From: Gemmatimonadaceae bacterium
GTDB lineage: Bacteria; Gemmatimonadota; Gemmatimonadetes; Gemmatimonadales; Gemmatimonadaceae
DNA: 64,000 nt
Assembly: GCA_040901985.1 (NCBI GenBank)
Contig: JBBDYC010000006.1
Location: 29,572-93,571 of the forward strand
Direction of reading: 5' to 3'
The notes beneath the pieces are model-generated. The model was not told the origin of the DNA. It made no database searches and saw nothing but the letters and a program-made list of their open reading frames with translations. Positions 1-10,900 of the stretch are shown one piece after another. The translations under genes were made by a program, and so were the position numbers. Position 1 is the first letter of the stretch. Every line of letters starts with the position of its first letter.

Positions 1-654
1 GCCTTCGGCGCGGAACTCGAGTTGCTGGATGGCCACATCGGTGACGCGGGCAAGGCGACGATGGCCTTTGCCAAGGAGAGCGGCTTCTTCAACGTGGCGA
101 CGGTGCGTGAGCCGTACCGCGTGGAAGGAATGAAGACGATGGGGTACGAGGTGGCCGAGCAGCTCGGCTGGCGACTGCCCGATGCGATTGTGTATCCGAC
201 CGGCGGCGGGGAGGGGACGATCGGCATCTGGAAGGCGATTGGCGAGATGCTGGAGTGGGGATGGTTGCCCAAGGGGAGCGCGAAGCCGCGGATGATCATC
301 GCCCAGGCCGCGGGGTGCGCGCCGCTCGTGCGGGCGTTCCTCGCCGGCGCGCAGAAGGCCACGCCGTGGGAGGCGCCGGAGACGCACGCGAGCGGCCTGC
401 GCGTGCCTGGCCCGTTCGGCGACCGGCTCACGCTGCGGACACTGCGCGAGAGCGCAGGCGACGCCGAGGCGGTGAGCGAGGAGGCGATCCGCTCCGGCAC
501 GTTCCTGCTCGGGTCGACGTGCGGGATAGACGCGGCGCCGGAGGGCGGGTGCGCGCTCGAGGCCACGCGGCAGCTGGTGGCGAAGGGGCGGCTGAAGGCG
601 GACGCGGAGGTCGTGGTGTTCAACACGGGATCTGGCGCGAGTTATCGTTGGTGA
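1..654 (+). CDS. thrC: threonine synthase family PLP enzyme (5'-partial)
   Basis: Motifs EPYRVEGMKTMGYEVAEQLGW, PDAIVYPTGGG and VVVFNTGSG; the frame is open to the window edge. Confidence 0.8.
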   Translation, partial: AFGAELELLDGHIGDAGKATMAFAKESGFFNVATVREPYRVEGMKTMGYEVAEQLGWRLPDAIVYPTGGGEGTIGIWKAIGEMLEWGWLPKGSAKPRMIIAQAAGCAPLVRAFLAGAQKATPWEAPETHASGLRVPGPFGDRLTLRTLRESAGDAEAVSEEAIRSGTFLLGSTCGIDAAPEGGCALEATRQLVAKGRLKADAEVVVFNTGSGASYRW

Positions 655-1829
655 TGCGCATCGCCATCCTCGACCCCTTCTCCGGCATTGCCGGCGATAT
701 GTGCCTCGGCGCGCTCCTCGACGCCGGTCTCGACGAGTCGTTCATCCGCGACCTGCCGAAGTCCCTCGGCATCGAAGGCGTGGGCGTCGAGATCACCACG
801 GTCTCGCGCGGACAGATCGCCTGCCGCAAGGTGGACTTTGCCATTCCACCGCAGCCGCACGGGCGCCACCTCAGGCAGATCAGGACGATTGTCGAGGCGA
901 CACCCGCGCCCGACAGCGTGAGGCAGCAGGCGATGCGGTGCTTCACGCTGATCACCGAATGCGAGGCGGCCATCCACGGCACGACCATCGAGAAGGTGCA
1001 CCTCCACGAGGTCGGGAGCGTGGATGCGATCCTCGACATCGTCGGCACGATCTGGGGGCTCGAGAGGCTTGGCGTGGCGCGGGTCCATTGCGGACCGATC
1101 TCGCTCGGCGACGGCTTCGTGGACAGCGCGCACGGGCGGATGGCCGTGCCGACTGCCGCCACGCTCCGGCTGCTCGAGGGACTCGCGGTGCGCCCGGGCC
1201 CAGACGGATCGGGCGAACTCGTCACGCCCACCGGGGCGGCGCTCGCGCGCGTCCTCAGCTCGGGCGCGCCGCCCGCCCTCTACACGCCGCGCGCGAGTGG
1301 ATTCGGGGCGGGAACGAAGGACTTCAAGGATCGCGCCAATGCGTTGCGGATCGTACTCGCCGATACCGAGGCGGACGCCATCGCAGGCGGGGCGACAGAG
1401 CTGCTGACCGTCCTCGCCGCCGACCTCGACGACTCCACTGGGGAGGAGATTGCCGCCGTCGCCGATCTCCTGCGGGACGCCGGCGCCCTCGACGTCACGC
1501 TTCTGCAGACCCTGATGAAGAAGGGCCGCCCGGGTCTGCGGATCGAGGTCCTCTGCGCCGCCGCCGAGGCAGCGCGCCTTGAGGCGCTCCTGCTGCGCGA
1601 GAGCACAACCATCGGCGTCCGTCGCCAGGAGGTCCGGCGCACCGCGCTCCCACGCACGCAACGGGAGGTCACGGTCCTCGGCCAGCGCATCGCCGTGAAG
1701 GTGGTCACGCTCCCAGACGGCACCACGCGGTCGAAGCCCGAGTTCGACGATGTGAGCCGCGCCGCCGCGGCCACCGGTCGGCCGCGTCGCGAGATTGCCG
1801 ATGCCGCGAGGGACGCCGCGCGCAACTGA
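654..1829 (+). CDS. larC: nickel pincer cofactor biosynthesis protein LarC (TIGR00299 family)
   Basis: MRIAILDPFSGIAGDMCLGALLD, HLHEVGSVDAILDIVG, GELVTPTGAAL, MKKGRPG and KPEFDD; the ATG overlaps the thrC stop (TGATG). Confidence 0.9.
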   Translation: MRIAILDPFSGIAGDMCLGALLDAGLDESFIRDLPKSLGIEGVGVEITTVSRGQIACRKVDFAIPPQPHGRHLRQIRTIVEATPAPDSVRQQAMRCFTLITECEAAIHGTTIEKVHLHEVGSVDAILDIVGTIWGLERLGVARVHCGPISLGDGFVDSAHGRMAVPTAATLRLLEGLAVRPGPDGSGELVTPTGAALARVLSSGAPPALYTPRASGFGAGTKDFKDRANALRIVLADTEADAIAGGATELLTVLAADLDDSTGEEIAAVADLLRDAGALDVTLLQTLMKKGRPGLRIEVLCAAAEAARLEALLLRESTTIGVRRQEVRRTALPRTQREVTVLGQRIAVKVVTLPDGTTRSKPEFDDVSRAAAATGRPRREIADAARDAARN

Positions 1830-1839
1830 CTGTCGCGCA

Positions 1840-1868
1840 TTGCTTTCGGTCCACTCTGGTGATATACT
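1840..1868 (+). promoter_or_regulatory. sigma70-type promoter upstream of the DUF512-der operon
   Basis: TTGCTT(1840-1845)-N17-TATACT(1863-1868), with an extended -10 TG at 1860-1861. Confidence 0.6.
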
Positions 1869-1877
1869 GAGTGAACC

Positions 1878-1896
1878 GCCGCGCGCGGCTTTTTTT
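1878..1896 (+). terminator. short intrinsic terminator-like hairpin
   Basis: GCCGCGCGCGGC palindrome followed by 7 T. Confidence 0.4.
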
Positions 1897-1927
1897 GTCC
1901 CGATTCAGCCGCCCCCCGCCCCCGCCG

Positions 1928-3223
1928 ATGGTCCGCGTCCTCAAGGTTCAGCCCGACAGCATCGCCGCCGAACTGGGGCTCACCCCGGGCGCGGAGCTGC
2001 TCAGCGTGGACGGGAGGGCGCTCGATGACTTCCTGGACTGGGAGTTCCTGACGGCGGTGGACGCCTTCGAACTCGAGGCGCGGCTCGCCGGTGGTGAGCA
2101 CGTGGTCTTCGAGATCGAGCGTGACGGCGGGGAGCCGATGGGGATTGAGCTCGAACCGCCCAACGTGCGCCGATGCGCCAACCGCTGCGAGTTCTGCTTC
2201 ATCGAAGGACTGCCCAAGGGGCTCCGCAAGAACCTCTACATCCGCGACGACGACTACCGGCTCTCGTTCGCGTACGGGAACTTCGCGACGCTCTCGAACC
2301 TCAAGGAGCGCGACATCGCCCGGATTCTTGAGTACCGGCTTTCGCCGCTCTACGTGTCCGTGCACGCGACCCCGTGGGAGGCGCGGAAGGTTCTGCTGAA
2401 CAACCCGCGCGTCCCGAACATCGTCGAGCAACTGACGCGCCTCGTCGCCGGCGGGATCCAGTTCCACGGGCAGATGGTCGTGGTGCCGGGCCTCAATGAC
2501 GGCGACGTCCTGGAGCAATCGTTGCGCGACCTCTACGACTTCGGCGAGGGGTGCCTGTCGGTGGCGCTGGTGCCGGTGGGACTCACGCAGTTCTCGCACC
2601 TGTACACCGGGAAGTCGATGGACCACGCGCACGCCGGCGCAATTCTCGACGCGGCGGAGCGCTGGGCCGCGCGCGCGGCGCGCGCGCGTGGGGAGCCTTG
2701 GGTCTTCGGGTCGGATGAGCTCTACCTCCTGGCGGAACGGGAACTGCCGGGCGCGGCGCACTATGGCGAGTTCGCGCAGATCGAGAACGGGGTCGGCGCC
2801 ATCACCTCCCTCCGCGAGCGGCTGAAGGCGGGCGTGGGCCGCCTGCCGCGTCTCGACGGCCGCCGCATCGGGGTCGTGACCGGGTCGGCGATGGTGGCGC
2901 TGATGCCCGAGTTCATCGCGCCGCTGGAGGCGCAGACCGGTGCGCGGTTCGAGGTGATCCCAATGACGAACTCGCTCTTCGGGCCGACGGTCACCACGGC
3001 CGGGCTGCTGGTCGGCGCGGATATCCGAGCGGCGCTCAGCGACCGCGCGGACCTCGACCTCGCGCTGATCCCGGCCGAGACGATCAACGACGCGGGGATC
3101 TTCCTCGACGACGAGACGTTTGTGGCGGTCCGAGAGGCGATGCCGATGCCGGTGTATCCGTCGTACGATTTCATTGACGCGCTCGAGCGGGAAGGCGCGG
3201 TCGCCGGGGCGGGGGCACGATGA
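1928..3223 (+). CDS. PDZ/DUF512 radical-SAM-like Fe-S protein
   Basis: N-terminal PDZ-like segment (VQPDSIAAELGL), CANRCEFC (CxxxCxxC), YIRDDDYRLSF and QIENGVG; start placed at ATG 1928. Confidence 0.88.
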   Translation: MVRVLKVQPDSIAAELGLTPGAELLSVDGRALDDFLDWEFLTAVDAFELEARLAGGEHVVFEIERDGGEPMGIELEPPNVRRCANRCEFCFIEGLPKGLRKNLYIRDDDYRLSFAYGNFATLSNLKERDIARILEYRLSPLYVSVHATPWEARKVLLNNPRVPNIVEQLTRLVAGGIQFHGQMVVVPGLNDGDVLEQSLRDLYDFGEGCLSVALVPVGLTQFSHLYTGKSMDHAHAGAILDAAERWAARAARARGEPWVFGSDELYLLAERELPGAAHYGEFAQIENGVGAITSLRERLKAGVGRLPRLDGRRIGVVTGSAMVALMPEFIAPLEAQTGARFEVIPMTNSLFGPTVTTAGLLVGADIRAALSDRADLDLALIPAETINDAGIFLDDETFVAVREAMPMPVYPSYDFIDALEREGAVAGAGAR

Positions 3224-4539
3224 GCGAGATGCCCGTCGTCGCGCTCGTCGGCCGACCGAATGTCGGCAAGTCAGCGCTCTTCAACCGCCTGATCGGCGAC
3301 AACACGGCAATCGTGAGCGAGGAGGCGGGCACCACGCGCGACCGCCACTTTGCCCGCTGCGAGTGGCAGGGCCGAGCGTTTTGGTTGGTGGACACCGGTG
3401 GCCTGATCGAGGACTCCGACCTCCCGATGGATGTCGCGATCCGCAACCAGGTGAGGGAAGCGATTGCCGAGGCGGACCTGATGCTGCTCACGGTGGACGC
3501 GCAGGCCGGGCTCCATCCGAGCGACGCGCGCATCGTGGACCTCCTCCGGCACTCCCGGAAGCCGTGGGTCCTCGTGGCGAACAAGGTGGACGATCCCGCC
3601 AAGACCGACTTCTACGAGTTCTTCAACCTCGGCGCGGGGGACCCGATTCCCGTCTCGGCGGCCAATGGCAAGAACTCCGGCGACCTGCTCGACGTGGTCG
3701 TGTCAATGCTCCCCGAAGTGGCCGGGGGGGAAGACGCGGCGGCGCTGCGCGTGGCGGTGATCGGCCGGCCAAACGTTGGCAAGTCGTCGTTCATCAACCG
3801 CCTGCTCGGCGAGGAGCGGCTGGTCGTGAGCGAGATCGCCGGCACCACGCGCGACGCCATTGACACGCCGTTCAATTACCACGGTCGTCCGTTCATCTTC
3901 GTGGATACCGCGGGCCTCCGGCGGCAGTCGAAGATTGACGACGGCGTGGAGTTCTACTCGTCGCTGCGCACGCGGCGGGCCATTGACCGGTCGGACATCT
4001 GCCTGCTGATGATTGACGCCGTCGAGGGCCTGCACAATCAGGACCTGAAGATCGCCACGCTCGCTTGGGAGGCGGGTCGGGGGATGATCATCATCGTCAA
4101 CAAGTGGGACCTGAAGGAGAAGGACGACAAGACGTCGGCCAAGTTCCAGACGGAGTGCGTGGACAAGGCGCCGTACCTGAAGTTCGTGCCGTTCATCTTC
4201 ACGTCGGCCATCACCGGCCAGCGCGTGACGCGGGTGCTCGACGAGATCCTCAAGGTCGAGGCCGAGCGCTCCAAGCGGATCACGACGTCGGAGGTGAACG
4301 ACGTGCTGGGCGAACTGCTGGCGCGGCGGCAGCCGCCGCAGGCGGCCGGCCGCGAGGTGAAGCTCATCTATGCCACGCAGGTCGAGACCGCACCGCCAGC
4401 GATCGCCGTGTTCGGCAACCACCCCGACCTCGTCCAGGAGCACTATGTGCGGTACCTCCACAACGGCTTCCGCGAGAAGTGGGGCTTTCACGGCAATCCG
4501 CTTCGCGTGCTGATGCGCTCGAAGGGCGCGCGGAACTGA
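3220..4539 (+). CDS. der: ribosome biogenesis GTPase Der
   Basis: Two GRPNVGKS P-loops, GTTRD and DTAG. Confidence 0.97.
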   Translation: MSEMPVVALVGRPNVGKSALFNRLIGDNTAIVSEEAGTTRDRHFARCEWQGRAFWLVDTGGLIEDSDLPMDVAIRNQVREAIAEADLMLLTVDAQAGLHPSDARIVDLLRHSRKPWVLVANKVDDPAKTDFYEFFNLGAGDPIPVSAANGKNSGDLLDVVVSMLPEVAGGEDAAALRVAVIGRPNVGKSSFINRLLGEERLVVSEIAGTTRDAIDTPFNYHGRPFIFVDTAGLRRQSKIDDGVEFYSSLRTRRAIDRSDICLLMIDAVEGLHNQDLKIATLAWEAGRGMIIIVNKWDLKEKDDKTSAKFQTECVDKAPYLKFVPFIFTSAITGQRVTRVLDEILKVEAERSKRITTSEVNDVLGELLARRQPPQAAGREVKLIYATQVETAPPAIAVFGNHPDLVQEHYVRYLHNGFREKWGFHGNPLRVLMRSKGARN

Positions 4540-4549
4540 GGCCGGACGC

Positions 4550-5188
4550 GTGCATCCGGCCCTCGCGGTGCTGATCGGGTATCTCGTCGGATCCATCCCG
4601 ACCGCGTATCTGGCCGGCCGGTTGCTGCGGGGGGTGGACCTGCGGACGGTCGGGTCGGGGAACCTCGGTGCGACGAACGTCTACCGGAATCTCGGCGCCG
4701 CGCCGGCGGCCGTGGTGTTGCTGTTCGACGGGCTGAAGGGCGCCCTCCCGGTGCTGTTGCTGCCAGGAATGCTCGAGGGGACGCTGGTGGTGGATCCGCG
4801 CGCGCCACTCTGGTGGTCACTGGCAATCGGTCTGGCAGCGATTTTCGGACACGCCAAGCCGATCTTCCTCCTCTGGAAGGGGGGCGGGAAGGGTGTCGCC
4901 ACCGGCGCCGGCGTCTTCGCCGCCCTGGCGCCGATCGCGGTGGGCGCGGCGGTGGTTGTCTTCGCCGTCGCCGCGGCGGTCACCGGCTTCGTCTCGCTCG
5001 CGTCGCTCCTGGCGGCGTGGACAATTCCGCTCGCGCTTGTTGTCCTGGGTGGTCCGCTCTCGCCGGTCGTCGCGGTGGCGACGCTCGTGGCGGCGTTCGT
5101 CACCTGGTCGCACCGCGCGAATATCAGCCGGTTGCGCGCCGGAACCGAACCGCGGACCTTCCGTCGGACCCAAGGAGGGGTGCAGTGA
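4550..5188 (+). CDS. plsY: glycerol-3-phosphate acyltransferase PlsY
   Basis: GYLVGSIP, GSGNLGATN, GGKGVAT and HRANI. Confidence 0.95.
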   Translation: MHPALAVLIGYLVGSIPTAYLAGRLLRGVDLRTVGSGNLGATNVYRNLGAAPAAVVLLFDGLKGALPVLLLPGMLEGTLVVDPRAPLWWSLAIGLAAIFGHAKPIFLLWKGGGKGVATGAGVFAALAPIAVGAAVVVFAVAAAVTGFVSLASLLAAWTIPLALVVLGGPLSPVVAVATLVAAFVTWSHRANISRLRAGTEPRTFRRTQGGVQ

Positions 5189-6177
5189 GGATTGCGATCA
5201 TCGGAGCCGGCGCGTGGGGCACGGCGCTGGCGAACTTGCTTTCGGAAAACGAGCACGAGGCGGTGCTCTGGGCATTCGAGCCCGACGTCGCCGAGTCCAT
5301 CAATGGGTCGTCGGAGAACCGCCGCTTTCTCGCCGGCGTCCCGCTGCACGCCGCGCTCCGGGCGACGAACGCGATCGAGAAGGCGCTCGAAGGCGCGGAG
5401 CTGGCCTTCTTCGTCGCGCCGTCGCACGTGCTGCGCGCGGTGGCGGCGTCGGCCAAGCGCCACGTGGGGGCCGATATCCCGCTGGTCGTGGCGACCAAGG
5501 GAATCGATCGGGAACGGCTGGGGCTGATGACCGACGTCGTGGGCGAGGAGATTCCCGGACACCCGATCGTGGCGCTGAGCGGACCGAGCTTCGCGCTTGA
5601 GGTCGCGAACCATCTGCCAACAGCGATTGTCGCCGCGTCCACCGACGAAGCGGCGGCGCGACTGACCCAGCAGGTGCTGAGCACGTCGGCGTTCCGGGTC
5701 TATACGCAGGGCGACGTCACGGGCGTCGAACTCGGCGGCGCGCTCAAGAATGTGATGGCGGTGGCGACCGGCATTTCGGACGGTCTCAACCTCGGGTTCA
5801 ATGCGCGCGCGGCGCTGATCACCCGCGGCCTTGCCGAGATGACACGGCTTGGCGTGAGGATGGGCGCCGACGCGACCACCTTTGCCGGCCTCGCCGGCGT
5901 CGGCGACCTCGTGCTGACCTGCACCGGATCGCTGTCGCGAAACCGCTCCGTGGGGATCGAGATCGGCCGTGGCGCCGCGCTCTCCGAAGTGCTGCAGGGG
6001 CGCGAGACGGTCGCCGAGGGGGTGACGACGACGGAGTCGGCGAAGCTGCTGGCGGCCAAGCACGAGGTGGAGATGCCGATCGTCAGCGCGGTGCATCGCG
6101 TACTGTTCGAACGGCAACCGGCACGCTGGGCGCTGGTGGAACTGATGACCCGGGACCTCAAGGGGGAGCGCGACTGA
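5185..6177 (+). CDS. gpsA: NAD(P)H-dependent glycerol-3-phosphate dehydrogenase
   Basis: IIGAGAWGTALA, LSGPSFA, ELGGALKN and GDLVLTC...SRNR; GTG start overlaps the plsY stop and follows AGGAGG. Confidence 0.95.
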   Translation: MRIAIIGAGAWGTALANLLSENEHEAVLWAFEPDVAESINGSSENRRFLAGVPLHAALRATNAIEKALEGAELAFFVAPSHVLRAVAASAKRHVGADIPLVVATKGIDRERLGLMTDVVGEEIPGHPIVALSGPSFALEVANHLPTAIVAASTDEAAARLTQQVLSTSAFRVYTQGDVTGVELGGALKNVMAVATGISDGLNLGFNARAALITRGLAEMTRLGVRMGADATTFAGLAGVGDLVLTCTGSLSRNRSVGIEIGRGAALSEVLQGRETVAEGVTTTESAKLLAAKHEVEMPIVSAVHRVLFERQPARWALVELMTRDLKGERD

Positions 6178-6539
6178 TGCCGGCACCTGCGGAACCAGTG
6201 CGCGAATTCTTCTCGATCGGTGACGTCTGCGAGCTCACGGAGCTCAAGCCGCACGTCCTCCGCTACTGGGAGAGCCAGTTCAAGTTCCTCAATCCGTCGA
6301 AGAACCGGTCGGGGAACCGCGTCTATACGCGGCGCGAGGTGGAGCTGGTGATGCTGGTGAAGCACCTGCTGTACACCGAGAAGTACACCATCGAGGGCGC
6401 GCGCCAGAAGGTGGACGACCACCGACGCTCGGGCGGGGTGAGGCCCGCGGCGCGGTCGGGACTCGACGTCGAGACGGTGCAGCTGCTGGAGAAGGAACTG
6501 CAGGGGCTCCTCGAGATCCTCGACCGGACGGACCGCTGA
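6177..6539 (+). CDS. MerR-family HTH regulator
   Basis: FFSIGDV...LKPHVLRYWE...GNRVY and YTIEGAR. Confidence 0.9.
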   Translation: MPAPAEPVREFFSIGDVCELTELKPHVLRYWESQFKFLNPSKNRSGNRVYTRREVELVMLVKHLLYTEKYTIEGARQKVDDHRRSGGVRPAARSGLDVETVQLLEKELQGLLEILDRTDR

Positions 6540-7300
6540 TGCGCCTGCTGTGCAGCAACGACGATGGGATCCTCGCCCGAGGGCTCGACTGCCTTGAACG
6601 CGCCGCCGGCCCGCTTGGCGAGGTGTGGGTGGTCGCGCCGGACCGCGAGCAGAGCGCGACGAGCCATTCGCTCACGCTGCACCATCCGCTCCGCCCGATC
6701 CAGCTCGGGGAGCGGCGTTGGCAGGTGGACGGGACGCCGACCGACTGCGTGATGCTGGCAATCGAGGCGCTCCTGCCGGAACGGCCCGACTTCGTGCTGA
6801 GCGGGATCAACCACGGGCCGAACATGGGTGAGGACGTGCTCTATTCGGGCACTGTCGCCGCGGCGATGGAAGGCCTGGCACTCGGGGTGCCGAGCGTGGC
6901 CGTCTCGTTCGCCGGCCGGGTCTCGCGGTCGGACGACGCGCTGCTCACGGAACACGTGGGGACGCTGACGCGACTGCTCGCGCACCTGACGTCGTTGCCG
7001 ACATTTCCCGCCGACACGCTGCTCAACGTGAATATCCCGGCGATCCCGGCGGCCGAGGTGAAGGGCGTCAAGTTGACGCGCCTCGGACGGCGGGTCTTCT
7101 CCGACTCGCTCACCCCGATGAAGGATCCCTGGGGCCGCGAGATCTTCTGGATCGGTGGCGGCTCGGTGGCCTGGAGCGGCACCGAGGACTCGGACTTTCG
7201 CGCGGTGAAGGACGGCTACGTCTCGCTGACGCCGCTGCACCTCGACCTCACGGCGCGCGACCGGCTCACCGATGCGGAGCGCTGGTGGCGTCCGCTGTAG
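6539..7300 (+). CDS. surE: 5'/3'-nucleotidase SurE
   Basis: SNDDG, VDGTPTDCV and SGINHGPN...YSGTVAAA. Confidence 0.96.
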   Translation: MRLLCSNDDGILARGLDCLERAAGPLGEVWVVAPDREQSATSHSLTLHHPLRPIQLGERRWQVDGTPTDCVMLAIEALLPERPDFVLSGINHGPNMGEDVLYSGTVAAAMEGLALGVPSVAVSFAGRVSRSDDALLTEHVGTLTRLLAHLTSLPTFPADTLLNVNIPAIPAAEVKGVKLTRLGRRVFSDSLTPMKDPWGREIFWIGGGSVAWSGTEDSDFRAVKDGYVSLTPLHLDLTARDRLTDAERWWRPL

Positions 7301-7941
7301 TCCGCGAGTTCGGCGGCTCGCGGCGCCGGCTGATCGAGGAGTTGCAGCGGAAAGGCATCCGCGATCTCGCCGTGCTCAAGGCGTTCGACGAGGTCCCGCG
7401 CCACCTGTTCGTGCCGACCGGCGTGCGCCACCGGGCGTACGAGGACACTCCGTTGCCGATTGGGCAGGGCCAGACGATCAGCCAGCCGTGGGTCCACGCG
7501 CGCTACCTCGAGACGCTCGCCCTGACGGGGAAGGAGCGCGTCCTCGAGATCGGGACGGGCTCGGGCTTCCAGAGCGCATTGCTGACGAAGCTGGCGGCGC
7601 AGGTGTTCAGCATCGAGCGGATCGCCGCGTTGGCCGAGCAGGCGCGGGACAACCTACGGGGTTGCGCGATCGACCAGGTCATCCAGCGCGTCGGCGACGG
7701 CACGCTTGGCTGGCCGGAGTACGCACCGTTCGACGCGATCCTTGTCGGCGCGGCCTCACCCGACGTGCCGCAGCCCTTGCTCGACCAGCTGGCGATCGGC
7801 GGACAGCTGCTGATCCCGGTGGGCGACCGAGAGGAGCAGAAGCTCCTGCGGATCCGGCGGACCGTCGACGGCTACGAGCGGACGACGCTCGACGCGATGC
7901 GGTTCGTCCCGCTCATTGGGGCACACGGCTTCCGGTCGTGA
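7285..7941 (+). CDS. pcm: protein-L-isoaspartate O-methyltransferase
   Basis: GQTISQP, VLEIGTGSG and RFVPL. Confidence 0.95.
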   Translation: MASAVVREFGGSRRRLIEELQRKGIRDLAVLKAFDEVPRHLFVPTGVRHRAYEDTPLPIGQGQTISQPWVHARYLETLALTGKERVLEIGTGSGFQSALLTKLAAQVFSIERIAALAEQARDNLRGCAIDQVIQRVGDGTLGWPEYAPFDAILVGAASPDVPQPLLDQLAIGGQLLIPVGDREEQKLLRIRRTVDGYERTTLDAMRFVPLIGAHGFRS

Positions 7942-10900
7942 CCGGCACCGCGTCGCGGCGGGTGAAGAGAAATGCCTGCACGCGATCGCCGATGGCGTGG
8001 ACGATGAGATAGGCGCACGGCACGACAAAAAGCGTGAAGGCGGTCGAGCCGATCAGCCCCCCGGCGACCGCGATTGCCAGCGGCCGCATCAGCTCCCCGC
8101 CGTCGCCCAGGCCCAGCGCCAGCGGGAGCGTGCCGACCAGCGACGTGATGGTCGTCATCATGATCGGGCGGATGCGCGCCGTGCCGGCAGCGAGGATTGC
8201 TTCGACGATATCGGTTCCCGGCTCCCGCCGGAAGTTCTCGGCGAATTGCACCAGCAGGATCGAATTATTCACCACGATCCCGGCAAGGAGCACCATCCCG
8301 AGGATCACTGGTGCGCTGAACGGCGTGCCGGTGATGAGCAGGATGGCGACTACGCCCATCATTCCCAACGGGATGGACGTCAGGATGACGAGCGGGTTGA
8401 GCAGGCTCTCATACTGCACGGCGAGCACGACGAAGACGAGGAAGACCGCCAGCGCGATGACCAGGAGCAGTTGGCGGTTGCTTTCGTCAATCGCCTCCTG
8501 CTCGCCGCCGACGATCACGCCGTAGCCGTCGGGGACCTCGAACCCGATCAGGCGGGCGCGGATCGAATCGGTGACGCTGCCGACGGTGGCCACGTCGGTG
8601 ATCACGTCGCCGTTGATCTGGATCTGGCGATTCTGGTTGACACGGTTGATCCCGGTTGGGCCGAGCGCCATCCGGACCGTGGCGACGTCGCCGAGACGCA
8701 CCGGACCGGCGCCACGCCCGGGGAACAGCGGGATGTCCGAAAGGTCGGCGACGCTGTTGTACCGATTGCGCGGAAAGAAGACGCGCACGTCGTACTCGAA
8801 GTTGCCCTCGGCGTACCGGGTCGCGATCGTGCCGTCGAGCGCGGTCCGGACCGTCTGGCCGACCTGCGCGACGTTGAGGCCGCGGGCGCGGGCCCGCTCG
8901 CGGTCCAGCTCGATCGAGAGGAGCGGGCTGCCCTCATCCTGCGGGTTCTGGAAGTTCTCGAGCCCCGGAATCCCCTGGAGGCGGCGACTGAGCGCCTGCC
9001 CGATCTCCTGCAGCACCGGAAGCTCGTCCCCGACGATGGCAATGGACACGTCCTCGCCGCTGCTCGACGTGCGGAGTCCGCGAATGCGCGGCGGGCGGAC
9101 GCCGATACGGGCGCCGGCAAAGCCGCGGGCGTTGATGCTGTCCTGCAGCGTCCGCACCCACGCGTCGGCCGTCATCGAGCGCTCCGATGCCGGCGTCAGG
9201 AGGATGTCAAGCGATCCGCGACCGGCATTGGCCGCCGACGTGCCGCCGAAGAGAAACCCGCCGGCGGTCGCGAAGACCGTGCGCACGTGCGGCATCGTCC
9301 GCACCATCGCCTCGACCTCGTGTGTCAGTCGGTTCGACTGGGCGGGCGTGGCGCCGGGTGGCAGGCGAATGAATGCCCCCACCGAGCCATCGTCCACCTG
9401 GGGGAGGAACTCGGTGGGAATCCGCTTCATCTGCGAGGCCAGGCCGGCGGCGACCAGCAGCACCGTGACGAAGACAACGGTCTTGTTGCGCACCGCCCAC
9501 GCGGCGCCGTTGCGGTACCGCGCCGTAAGCCGCTCAAACCAGCGGTCAAAGGCGACCAGGGGGCGACTGCGTTCGAGCCCGCTGGTGAAGCGCACCTTGC
9601 CAAGCTGTGCGGCGAGCATCGGCACCAGGGTCAGCGCGAGGGGCAGCGAGGCGAGAATCGCGAACGAGATCGTCAGGATCAGCTCGCGGAAGATCAGCGC
9701 GGCGAGCCCGACGATGAGAAGGAAGGGCGCGACCGAGGCGAGGTTGGTGGACGTGGCGGCGACGACCGCCGTGGCGACCTCGGCGGCGCCGGCGTGGGCG
9801 CCCTCCTCGGGGTCGAGGCCGTCCTTCTCGCGCCGCCGGTAGATGTTCTCCAGCATCACGATCGCGTTGTCGAGCAACAGCCCCGTGCCGAGGGCGAGTC
9901 CGCCGAGCGACATGATGTTGAGGGTCAGGCCGCTGAAGCCCATCATCACGAAAGTCGCCAGGATCGCCAACGGGATCGAGACGGCGATGATGAACGTCTT
10001 GCGGATCGAGCGGAGGAAGATCAACACCACGATCATCGCGAGGAACGCACCGATCAGCGCCGAGTTGCGCACCGACGAAAGTGCGTCGCGGATGAAGCCC
10101 GACTGGTCGAACGTCACCTCGTACCGGATGTCCGCCGGGATATAGGACGACGAGCCGAGCCGGGCGATCTCGGCCCGGACTCGGTCCACGACGTCCACCG
10201 TGTTGGCCTCGGGCTGCTTCTGGATGCCGATCCGCACCGCCGGCGTGCCATTGAGCCGCGCCCAGAAGCGTTGGTCCTGCGCCGTGTCCCGCACGACGGC
10301 CACGTCGCGCAACGGGATCCGTGCGCCGCCGGCGCTCTGCAGGAGGACGCCCCGGATGTCATCGAGGCGCGTAAAGCGGCCCGTGGTCCGGCTGACGATC
10401 TCCCGGTCCGGCGCGATCACGCGTCCGCCGGCGATGTTCTGGTTCTCCCCGGCGAGCGAGCCAAGGACGTCCTGGACCGTGATGCCGAAGCCGCGGAGCC
10501 GCTCGGGGTCGAGCTCGACCTGGATCTCGCGGATGAGCCCGCCCGAGATGTCCACCGACGCGACGCCCTCCACCGAGAGCAACTGCGGCCGGAGTCGCTG
10601 GTCGAGCCACTGGCGGAGCGAGACGAGGTCGCGCGTACTCGACGAGAAGGCAATCTGGAAGATCTGCATCTGCGACGGATCGGACTTGCTGATCGTCGGC
10701 GCCGAGGCCTCAGTGGGGAGGCGCGACCGGACGCGCTCGACATTTGTCGCCGCGTTCTGGAGCGCGATGTCAATATTCGTGCCGTAGGCGAAGTCGAGCG
10801 TGATGCTGACGCTCCCTTCGTTGATGTTCGTGTTGAGCCGCTCGAGATTCTCGACCGTCGAGAGGGCCGCCTCGAGGGGCTTGGCGATCGTCTCCTCAAG

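Noticed and set aside
255..653. N-terminal extensions in the ORF track (larC from 255; also gpsA, RND adaptor, dapF, GT4, kdsC, ispF, xerD, mqnC)
   Set aside because: They overlap the upstream genes or the tRNA; better starts coincide with family N-termini and stop/start overlaps
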